From the NCBI GenBank assembly GCA_038893995.1, contig JAWAQK010000006.1:1-24356 (forward strand): a DNA stretch of 24,356 nucleotides. Reading direction: 5' to 3'. Numbering within the stretch: the first letter of the stretch is position 1; each line of letters begins with the position of its first letter. A program made the position numbers and the translations under genes. Origin of the DNA: Candidatus Thorarchaeota archaeon. Lineage in GTDB: Archaea; Asgardarchaeota; Thorarchaeia; Thorarchaeales; Thorarchaeaceae. Positions 1 through 8,913 of this stretch are shown piece by piece. The notes under the pieces were generated by a model. That model saw nothing but the letters and a program-made list of their open reading frames with translations, was not told the origin of the DNA and did not search any database.

Positions 1-198
1 GTCTGACACCACATCGGCCATTGCCTCGCCTCTGACTCGCAGATCGCAGTCTACGAATACTGTGAGTACATGATCCCCATGATTGAGAGCAATCGACCAT
101 ATTCCCTGCCTCGGACTGTTGAGGCAATCCGTGTCCACAGTCGTGTCATACCATTTCTGACATCTCTTGCAGAACACTCTGATCTTGCCCTTTGGCAT
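1..198 (-). CDS. Partial CDS (runs off the window start) with an Asgard-type N-terminal zinc-binding domain
   Basis: Not in the ORF track. ATG at 198; manual translation MPKGKIRVFCKRCQKWYDTTVDTDCLNSPRQGIWSIALNHGDHVLTVFVDCDLRVRGEAMADVVSD with no stop. The CxxC...HGDH...(F)VD..L.VRG pattern resembles a common Asgard N-terminal module. Confidence 0.75.
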   Translation of the reverse strand, partial: MPKGKIRVFCKRCQKWYDTTVDTDCLNSPRQGIWSIALNHGDHVLTVFVDCDLRVRGEAMADVVSD

Positions 199-383
199 AC
201 TGGGCCACGCCGGTTCAGCTAACGTGACAGGCATCTTATCAATATTCCGTGGATGGGGCGCAAGGGAGCGAAGAGGTGACGACACGACGCCGTTCGCTGT
301 CTGCAGGTGCCTGGGCCTGACCAATCACCATTCCGACTTTCCCGTACGCACACGAGCTTCCAGGCCAGGTGAGCCGTAACCGG

Positions 384-905
384 TCAGACTCTGCCACGCC
401 GCTCCAGTTGCTCGAGGAGCATCTCGAACGGTTCTCTGACGTTTATGGCCATCTTTGCACTGGTCTCCACATAGCCTATCAGGTTCTGATCCCGTGCAAA
501 TGCCTCTGCATGCTCTCTGGGGACCTCCCTGTCCTCACCAATGTCTGCCTTCGTACCGACGAGCAGGATGCAGTCTGACGGGATTGCAGTCTGGATCAGT
601 CCAAGCCACTCTGGCAAGTGCAGGAAGCTTATGAATCGCCCTATGTCGAATGCAAGTATTGCCCCTTGTGCTGACTTTGCCCAGGAGGGAAGCAGGAACT
701 GGAAGCGTTCCTCACCTCCGGCGTCCATTATCGTCACTCGACGCCTAGTGCTACCCCTCTCATAGTTCCATGTCTCCACACTCAGTCCTACCGTGAGCTT
801 CTGTGGCACGTAACTCCCACTCACTAGGCTCCTGACCAGTGTGGTCTTTCCAACGCCCCCCTCTCCTGCTATGAGGATCACTATGACATTGTTGGCGCCA
901 CCCAC
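384..905 (-). CDS. Rab/Ras-like small GTPase
   Basis: G1 GEGGVGKT, G2 LTVGL, G3 DAGGEERF, G4 GTKAD, G5 ETSAK. The start is likely the GTG at 905, preceded by GAGGTG (920-915); the ORF-track extension to 1136 looks non-coding. No C-terminal CAAX/CC motif. Confidence 0.92.
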   Translation of the reverse strand: MGGANNVIVILIAGEGGVGKTTLVRSLVSGSYVPQKLTVGLSVETWNYERGSTRRRVTIMDAGGEERFQFLLPSWAKSAQGAILAFDIGRFISFLHLPEWLGLIQTAIPSDCILLVGTKADIGEDREVPREHAEAFARDQNLIGYVETSAKMAINVREPFEMLLEQLERRGRV

Positions 906-1193
906 GTGGACATACACCTCGTCCTCGGTCGAACAACTAGGCAGAAGAAAAATGTTGTCTACTAGCCCAGCAATAAGTCTTGTCCAGCATGTGTAATGAC
1001 GACCCAGTCGAATCGGGCTCCTCGTTTCTGGGCTGAGGTGATCCAACACCCAACTTGACTCCGATCGGGGATGTTGCACGACCATGTATCTGCTGATGTC
1101 AGCATTGCAGGCGTAGTAAACTATCCAATTCAGCAATCGCGGGGTCTGCTTTGTGAAAAAAATAATAAACGAACACTACGTCGAGAATTAGAC

Positions 1194-3699
1194 ATGCAAC
1201 ACCGCACGCCTTTCCTTGTTCTTGTCATGCTGATTCTGGTGTTCCCCGCCACAGTCTGCATGACGCCTACGGACCAGAAACGCGATGGCCCGAGCATTGA
1301 GCAACAGGGCAGTGCAGTTTCTGAGGTGATACAGCGTCCGATAAGGGTTGCTGTGTATGACGAGAGGAACCACACCACTCCTGGCTATTCGCACATCGGA
1401 CTATGGGCCCAGAATGGGACGGTCATGGCATCGTTCCTGGCCAGCAGAGGATTCGATGTCACACTGGTGGATGCCTCTGACATAACCGACGGCATCCTGT
1501 CAACAGCCCGCTTCGATGTGCTCGTACTGCCAGACAGCGTGCCGAGGGAGAACGGCACCAACTTTGTGAAGCAATTCTGGCTCGCCGGCGGAGGTATCCT
1601 GAGCATCGATAGCTCTATCAGCTACGTATGTTTTGCAGGGATGTTGCCACACGAGTCCGAAGGAAACAACGGCTACGGCACCTACTGGTCGTACGTATGG
1701 TCAGAGCTGCAGGTGGTGAAGAGTCTTCACGCCACAACTCGCAAGTATCACGTGGGTGACATGGTCAATTCCACTCTGTTTGACTGGGCAACATTCTCGC
1801 GGACGGCCCTCGATTCAACTGCCGATTCCTCCCTGTACACAGTCCTGCTGACTACTCAGTCATCTGACGACTCGGTCACAGGTATCGCGTACGATTCCAG
1901 TGTTCGAGGCGGGAAGGTGGTACAACTGCCGGGTCCTGGTGACGAGATTGTCCCCGGATTGGCTGACCTCATTGCGGACAGTGTGACGTGGCTCGCCCCG
2001 AACCCGAGAGCGAGAATAGTGTTCGACCTGAGCCACCGCCCGAGATTGGCTGTCGACACGTGGGACACGCAGTCAATGTTTCCAGGGAGATACAGAGCTC
2101 TTCGAGACGCGTTGGTCTCTCGAAGATTCACTTTCGACAAGCTGTACCCGACACCGACGGCAAATCTGACACTGGAGCGTCTGATGCCCTACGACATCCT
2201 GATACTGGTTTGCCCTGACTTCAACTACACTCAGTCGGAGGTTGATGCTGTCAAGGCATGGGTGGCGATGGGCCGGAGTCTCTGGGTGTTTGGTGAGCAC
2301 CCCTCCATCGGCTTCGCCAAACATGATTCTCAGCTCAATCGAATCATATCTGACATGGGCATACAGATATGGCTCGACGGTGGAGACAGTGTGGATCGCA
2401 CCTACACAAAGAGGATGCACGTGGTGAATGACATCTCGACAGACCTCCTGTGTGACCAAGGGTTATCTCAACATCTCGAATTCAGCTGTTCCATTGTGGA
2501 CCTACGAGGGTAACACGGTTGCTGCTGTGAGTACCTACCAGAATGGACGGGTCTTCGTGATGGCTGACATGAACTGGGCCGAATCCACACAGTTCAGCAG
2601 CAACAGGTTTTTCGCGGTCACCGTGCCCACCTGGCTCGGCGCGGTCGGGTCCTCGATACTCTACTTCACTAATGAACCCGCGAGTGTCAACTATTATCGG
2701 ACGCCAGCTGCTTTGGCCCTGAACGAGCTCGGCCTCAAGTATATGGTCGTGACGACGAGCTCTTGCCTGAACTACACACTGGTTGCTGACCACTACGACC
2801 TGACCGTGATTGACTCTCCGTTGAGCGCTATCACCAGCTCCCTGAACTCGATCGAGTCGTATGTCAGGAACGGCGGGAAATTGATCATGTCGTACTATTA
2901 TGCTCAAGCCACTCCCACCCATGGGCTCTGGCCACTGCTAGGCTTCAAGCCACTAGGACCGCTCCCCAATCCTGATCCCGTGTATATCTGGGACACCAAC
3001 CATCCCGCATTCCTGCACCCAGTGCATTACGGGGCAACCCGCTTCAACACTACTATTGACTATGGGACCATGGGCTCCGTCATGTACGTGTTTGACAACG
3101 CGACACCAATCGCAGGCAGTACCCCTACTCCTTCAGAGAACAAGTCGCTGATCATTGAACGCAAAGACGGTCAGACAATCTACGTCGGATGGCTCATAGA
3201 TGGATTCGCTGCCGATTCCGACAAGTCTGCCTATCCTGACAACTTCGAGCTGTGGCTTGGCCTGATCTCGTACATGATGCGACCGACCCTCAGCTCGCCC
3301 TCTGACATTGAACTTGATGAGGGCACTACCTCGGGACATAAGATAACATGGCAGGCCAATAGCTACTCTCCCAGACGTTATGTCGTGCGAGTGAATGGCA
3401 CACCAGTCGTTGACAGCATATGGTCCGTCAGTGGCCCCATACAGTATGATCTAGGCAATCTTGCGCGTGGGACCTATGTCGTCGAACTCACTGTCTATGA
3501 CATAGCGGATCACAGTTCGTCAGACGAGGTCCTGGTCCGTGTGAGGCCAGTGATCACTCCGCCATTCGGACTTGACATGTGGCTCCTCCTTCTCATTGGA
3601 GGAGTGGGTGCGGTGGTCGTCATCGGAGCTGTTGCTCTTGCGAGACGGCCCAAGCCTCCGAAGATGCCGCCAAGTCGGACACGCAAGACCAAGAAGTAG
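1194..3699 (+). pseudogene. Secreted, C-terminally membrane-anchored multidomain surface protein (GATase-like/DUF4350-like alpha/beta domains plus Ig-like domain), split by a frameshift near 2450
   Basis: The N-terminal part (ATG 1194) has a signal peptide (FLVLVMLILVFPATVC) and repeated 'DVLVLPD...GGGIL' / 'YDILILV...GRSLWVFGEH' domains. The +1 frame (2428-3699) continues mid-domain (GYLN...GRVFVMADMNW), then gives an Ig-like domain, a TM helix (WLLLLIGGVGAVVVIGAVALA) and a basic tail. It could be a true frameshift or an assembly error. Confidence 0.7.
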
Positions 3700-3861
3700 T
3701 CATGCAGCGCGGGTCCTCATGGATCCGCCTGCCCTCTATTTACGTGATGTCAGACCGGGTGGTATCTGAAATCAATCCAATTACGCCGACAGGTCCATTC
3801 CAGCTTATTTTTAATGCTTCTCTGTGGTTCTCAGTTCATCACTCGGTCGCAGTTGATGTAG

Positions 3862-5661
3862 TTGAGAGTCCCACGTACCCGCTCGTTCATGGTACACTTG
3901 TTGATCGCAATGCTCGCGCTGGAGCTCCCATTGCTGAGCGTAGCACTGGTGTACAACTACGCCGCAGTCTGCCAGGGTGTTCTAGACAACTTTGCACTCA
4001 TGGAGAAACAGACTCAGGCTGACATGTTTTCAGCAATGAGCGTCATGGACGAGTCGCTCAAGGCCTGGAGTGATAGGCTAAGGCCGGTCTTCGAGTCTGG
4101 ATTTGGTCTGTTTCTAGACGAGTATGAACTGTCGGGTTCGGATCCCTTCCAGATGAATCTGACCCGAGTCGTCAACCAGCTTGGTCCCGGATTCGACCTC
4201 TATGTCATCAATGCAAGTGCAGTCGTGATAATGACCACATATCCTCCTGATCAGTGGCTGGACTTCAGACAGTGGCCGCATTTTGCCGAGGCACTGGCAC
4301 GCATACGCACCGGGGGCGAGCTGGTGATGGACAGGCTCACACCAGAGACCCAGAGCGGCATGGTCCGCATCTATGCATACATGCCGACGCCGGATCACCA
4401 GTACGTGCTGGAGATTGGCCTAATAACGGACACCTTCTCTCCCTACCTCAGCAAAGTGAACTACATGGACCTTGCGAGTGACGTTGCAGCCTCGAATCCC
4501 TATGTGCTCAGGATAAGAGTCTTTGGGAACACGGGCTTTCAGGTGGGGAACTCGAGCTTCATCCCCAATGAGGAACACATCCACCTCATCAAGAGCGTGA
4601 TTGACTCTGACAGCCCTGTCGTAGTATCTGACTCTGCGACCAAGAGGGTGTTTGTCGCTGTCAATTTCATAGATTCGAAGTTCCCCACGCGGCTTACACT
4701 TGTTGTCGAGATGACATATGATATTGCAATGACGAATCAGATACTCTGGGCCCGGACCTTGGAGCATGTCTTTCTGGGAATCACATTGGCACTGGCAGCC
4801 TGTGTGGCCACCTGGTATGTCGCCAGGAGAGTCACTCAGCCACTCTCCCAGATGGTTGACTCAGTCGATCGTATCACCAGTGGCGACCTCGCTCTCGTTG
4901 ATGTTCACTGGTCAAGTCAAGAGATGACGCTTCTTGCAAAGAGCATCAATGTAATGGTGACGAGCCTGAGGTCGCTGTCAACTCGGACGCAGCTCTACAT
5001 GGACATTCTCTGTCATGACCTTCGGAACTGGCTGCAGGCCATGGTCATTGGTATAGAGCTGATATCTCTCACCGACCAGAGCCAGAGTATTCTGTTGGCA
5101 CTTGAGAAGGCAAATCAGTGTGCCGAGCTATGTAGGAAGACCATCGAGAAGCTGAGTGCTGCAGAGTCCGCATTCGGCGAACGCCTACGCAGAAGAGATC
5201 TGGGCCCCATTCTTCGGTCCCTGATGACCGATTTCGAACTCCTGTTTCCTGACACTGAACTGAGAGAGCTCCTGTTTCTTGACCACGCCATCGTTGAAAC
5301 GGACAGCTTCTTGGAGGACTGCCTGTGGTTTGTTCTTGAGAACGCTGTTGTGCACAACACATTTGAGAAGAGAGTGGTTGAGGTGTGGTTCATGCACGAG
5401 GGCAACGGCGTTCTTGTGGCAGTTGCTGACAATGGGCCTGGCATCTCCGAGGCTGACCGATCTCATGTCTTCGATATCACCCGCAGATACGGTGGTATAT
5501 CTCTGCATATTGCTAGTAGTTTCTTGTCGAAATACGGGGGCTATATCGAGATCGATGACAGTGTGTGGGGCCACTCGGAAGGTGGATCACTGTTTGCGGT
5601 CTGGCTGCCCCTGGAACAGAACGTTGGGTCAAGCCGACCTAAGATCTATTGCTGGGCATGA
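3862..5661 (+). CDS. Membrane sensor histidine kinase (TM - Cache-like extracytoplasmic domain - TM - HAMP - HisKA - HATPase)
   Basis: Two TM segments, a HAMP domain (RRVTQPLSQM...GDL...QEMTLLAKSINVM), H-box DILCHDLRN, N-box LENAVVHN, G1 DNGPGI and a degenerate G2 (RRYGGISL). The start may be the ATG ~27 nt downstream. Confidence 0.88.
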   Translation: MRVPRTRSFMVHLLIAMLALELPLLSVALVYNYAAVCQGVLDNFALMEKQTQADMFSAMSVMDESLKAWSDRLRPVFESGFGLFLDEYELSGSDPFQMNLTRVVNQLGPGFDLYVINASAVVIMTTYPPDQWLDFRQWPHFAEALARIRTGGELVMDRLTPETQSGMVRIYAYMPTPDHQYVLEIGLITDTFSPYLSKVNYMDLASDVAASNPYVLRIRVFGNTGFQVGNSSFIPNEEHIHLIKSVIDSDSPVVVSDSATKRVFVAVNFIDSKFPTRLTLVVEMTYDIAMTNQILWARTLEHVFLGITLALAACVATWYVARRVTQPLSQMVDSVDRITSGDLALVDVHWSSQEMTLLAKSINVMVTSLRSLSTRTQLYMDILCHDLRNWLQAMVIGIELISLTDQSQSILLALEKANQCAELCRKTIEKLSAAESAFGERLRRRDLGPILRSLMTDFELLFPDTELRELLFLDHAIVETDSFLEDCLWFVLENAVVHNTFEKRVVEVWFMHEGNGVLVAVADNGPGISEADRSHVFDITRRYGGISLHIASSFLSKYGGYIEIDDSVWGHSEGGSLFAVWLPLEQNVGSSRPKIYCWA

Positions 5662-5781
5662 CTGACGATATCGGAAACTGTCAGCCTGGGTCTTGACTGT
5701 ATGGGTACTCACAGTCTTTGTTCAGGTTCAGGGAGTACAAGACTCGGGTCAACGCTCCTATCACTCAGCGCCACTGGACCC

Positions 5782-6846
5782 TCATCTCTCATAGAAGAAC
5801 TTGCCCCGCTCGTAGATGACCTCGTCGCCAGCCACTATGCGACCTTCCCTCATGTTCTTTACCATGTCTACGTGTACTGCGCTCTTGTTTACACCTTTGC
5901 ACTCTTCGTAGGCCCTGCCGAGTGCGCAGTGGATGGTATCACCGATCTTCTCGTCGAAGAGCATGTTCAGTGTGTACCTCTTTATTCCGCGATTTGTTCC
6001 AATTGCGACCTCGCCAAGCCGCGACGCACCCTCATCGACCTCAAGAATGGCCTTGAGAGTGCTCTGCTCTCTCTCGGCTGAGTAGTCAACTACGATTCCT
6101 CTCTCAAATCTGAGCCTGACTCCGGATATCACTCTGCCCTGATACATGAACGGTATGTCGAAGTAGACCTTGCCCTCCACTGAGTCCTCAACAGGTGCAG
6201 TAAAGACCTCTCCGCTGGGCATGTTGTGCTTCCCATCTGAGGCAACCCAGACTCTTCCCTCAGTCCGTGCGTACAGGTCAGTCTCCGGACCGACGAATCT
6301 GACATCGCTGTGGCTCTCGAGGTGCTCCTTGAGAAGGTACCAGTTCTTGGACTCGGACGCCCAGTCTATCAGCACAGAGTCATACACAAAGTCCTGATAC
6401 TCCTGTAGACTCATGCCTGCCTGTTGCGCTAGAGACCTACACGGATGTACGGTGCCGCACCAACGCTTCGAGAGTACCACTTCTGACAGGGGTTCGCTGG
6501 CCCGAGCCATCTCCAACTGTTTCTGCATGTCGACACTTGCCAGGCTCATGGTATTGAGCGGAGCTCCAAGTGAGATATAGACATCAGACTCCTTCAGCGC
6601 GGCCATCAGATGCCTCGGAAGAGTTTCTATGGTCTCAGAGTCTGCAGCGTCGTAGAACGCCTTTGTGACCTCATCACTGTCCATCAATACCAGCGCTCGG
6701 GCTCCCCGTGCCGTGACCTCTCTCATCACTGCCACAGCGAGGTCATGTGATTCGGGGGACGCTCTGATAGTGACCATTTCTCCTCTCTTTACGGCGGTAC
6801 TCCAGTCGACAAGGACTCTTGCATGTTCGACTACTCTAGGGTCCAT
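5782..6846 (-). CDS. Thermophilic metalloaminopeptidase, peptidase family M29 (AmpS/AmpT-like)
   Basis: Family motifs NMPSGEVFTAP, LGEVAIGTN, LFDEKIGDTIHCALG and SAVHVDMV. Confidence 0.93.
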   Translation of the reverse strand: MDPRVVEHARVLVDWSTAVKRGEMVTIRASPESHDLAVAVMREVTARGARALVLMDSDEVTKAFYDAADSETIETLPRHLMAALKESDVYISLGAPLNTMSLASVDMQKQLEMARASEPLSEVVLSKRWCGTVHPCRSLAQQAGMSLQEYQDFVYDSVLIDWASESKNWYLLKEHLESHSDVRFVGPETDLYARTEGRVWVASDGKHNMPSGEVFTAPVEDSVEGKVYFDIPFMYQGRVISGVRLRFERGIVVDYSAEREQSTLKAILEVDEGASRLGEVAIGTNRGIKRYTLNMLFDEKIGDTIHCALGRAYEECKGVNKSAVHVDMVKNMREGRIVAGDEVIYERGKFFYER

Positions 6847-7050
6847 ATCACTTGCCTCTCAGGTGACCTGATTCGTCGATGTGACGGTGTGAAGGGTCGT
6901 CCATCCTGTTGATAAACATGGTCATGGAGAGTCGTCTTCACGATCCGACTCTTCGAGGGCCCTCTTGATGCGGAGCAGTCCTCCCATGAAGAATCCCTTT
7001 CTCAAGATTGATATGGAAGGTCGAGGGCGGTCGCATGAGATGATTCTCAG

Positions 7051-8913
7051 TTGCAGGCGTGGGAGTATCTGACGTCCCTGATGGGGCCGACCGATCGTGA
7101 TAGGGCGGCAGCACTAAGTCACCATCTACTGAAATTCATTGATGATTCTGCACGGCTCTGCCAGCCTGAGCGTATCCGTATCTTTGGTGACTCTGCCAGC
7201 GATGTTGACGAGGTCAGACGCATGGCCCTCCGTACTGGCGAGGAGTTCCAGCTGGCGATCGACGGTCACACATGCCATTTTGATGGGTACTTCGACCTGG
7301 CTAGAGACACAGGTAACACACGTTACCTGGTACCCCCAGGCGAATATCTGGATCCGACACTTAACCAGCTGGAACGTGAGGCCGGTCTCAACGAGATGCA
7401 TCGATTGCTCAGAGGCTCGATGGCTGGCAAGGACATGATCGTGCAGTTTCGTTCTCTCGGTCCAGTAGGTTCCACGTTCTCGATGCTTGCGCTTCAGATA
7501 ACGGACTCATACTACGTGGCCCACAGTACGAACATCCTCTACCGGTCTGCCTATAGGGTCTTCGTTGACAGCGAGACTCTCGGTCCCGTCCTTAGAGTGC
7601 TCCATTCTGCAGGACGTACTGAGAATGGTGTTTCAGCTGATGTGGCACACCGTAGGGTCTACATTGACCTGCTCGACGAGACTGTCTATAGCGTCAACAA
7701 CCAGTATGCCGGCAACTCTCTGGGCCTCAAGAAACTGGCCTTTCGTCTGGCAATTCGAAGGGCGCATCGGGAAGGTTGGCTTGCTGAACACATGTTCCTG
7801 ATGGGTGTACATGGTCCTGGCGGTCGTAAGGCATACTTCGCCGGCGCATTTCCCTCTGCTTGTGGTAAGACCAGTACCTGCATGGTACCCGGCGAGAGTG
7901 TGATAGGTGACGATATCTCGTACATCCGGAATGTCGGCGGGGTGACAAGGGCGGTCAACGTGGAACAGGGCATCTTTGGCATCATCCACGGTGTGAGTGA
8001 GGCGCATGATCCGATCATCTTTCGAGCGTTGATGACACCTGGGGAGGTCATCTTCTCGAACGTCCTGGTACATGATGGCACTCCGTACTGGTTGGGGGAC
8101 GGAAGAGAGCATCCCAGTAGTGGTCGTAACTTTGCCGGTGCATGGCGGCCCGGACTGAAGGGACCTGACGGGGCTGAGGTGCCTCTCGCACACGAGAATG
8201 CGAGGTATACAATGGGGCTGTCCAAGCTTGACAATGTGGACCCCGAGTTCAACAGTCCCCAGGGCGTCCCGTTGAGTGCGATACTCTATGGTGGTCGCGA
8301 CAGCGACACGAACGTGCCACTCAGGGAGGCGTTTGACTGGCAGCATGGCGTCATCACTATTGGTGCCTGTCTGGAGTCACAGACGACATCTGCGACTATC
8401 GGGAAGAAGGGTGTACGTGCCTTCCAACCCTTTGCCAACATCGATTTCATATCAATACCTCTGGGAAGGTACATCCTCGACCATCTCAAGTTTGGCGCAG
8501 GGCTGACAAGACCTCCCTCCATCTTCGGTGTAAACTACTTCTTAATCGATTCAGAGGGGCGGTACCTGAATTCGCGTGAAGACAAGAGAGTCTGGCTCAA
8601 GTGGATGGAGCGTCGGATTGCAGGTGAGATGGACGCAATCAGATCCCCTGTTGGATATCTGCCGCTATACTCGGACCTCAGGAGCCTCTTTAGGGTCGTC
8701 TTGGCCAAGGACTACTCACATGCGGACTACGAGATCCAGTTCTCAGTCCGAATAGCACGTCTGTTGGAGAGAAACGAACGGATGAGGACAATATACAGCA
8801 ACATTCGAGAGGTGCCGCGAGAGCTGTTTCTTGAACTGGATGCGGAGAGAGAACGACTACTTAGGGCGCGAGACATGTACGGTGATCTTGCCAGCCCGGA
8901 GTCATTCGTCTGA
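7051..8913 (+). CDS. pckG: Phosphoenolpyruvate carboxykinase (GTP)
   Basis: Motifs YAGNSLGLKKLAFRL, GWLAEHMFLMG, AFPSACGKTST (P-loop), IGDDI, HENARY and GGRDSDT. The TTG start is uncertain. Confidence 0.95.
   Translation: MQAWEYLTSLMGPTDRDRAAALSHHLLKFIDDSARLCQPERIRIFGDSASDVDEVRRMALRTGEEFQLAIDGHTCHFDGYFDLARDTGNTRYLVPPGEYLDPTLNQLEREAGLNEMHRLLRGSMAGKDMIVQFRSLGPVGSTFSMLALQITDSYYVAHSTNILYRSAYRVFVDSETLGPVLRVLHSAGRTENGVSADVAHRRVYIDLLDETVYSVNNQYAGNSLGLKKLAFRLAIRRAHREGWLAEHMFLMGVHGPGGRKAYFAGAFPSACGKTSTCMVPGESVIGDDISYIRNVGGVTRAVNVEQGIFGIIHGVSEAHDPIIFRALMTPGEVIFSNVLVHDGTPYWLGDGREHPSSGRNFAGAWRPGLKGPDGAEVPLAHENARYTMGLSKLDNVDPEFNSPQGVPLSAILYGGRDSDTNVPLREAFDWQHGVITIGACLESQTTSATIGKKGVRAFQPFANIDFISIPLGRYILDHLKFGAGLTRPPSIFGVNYFLIDSEGRYLNSREDKRVWLKWMERRIAGEMDAIRSPVGYLPLYSDLRSLFRVVLAKDYSHADYEIQFSVRIARLLERNERMRTIYSNIREVPRELFLELDAERERLLRARDMYGDLASPESFV

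Noticed and set aside
906-1193. N-terminal extensions of the GTPase (to 1136) and the surface protein (from 1071)
   Set aside because: They would overlap head-to-head, and they cover the A-rich promoter-like region (~1153-1170). Better starts exist at 905 and 1194.
8902-8913. Convergent 12-nt overlap of the pckG and oxidoreductase 3' ends
   Set aside because: Common in compact archaeal genomes; no additional signal.
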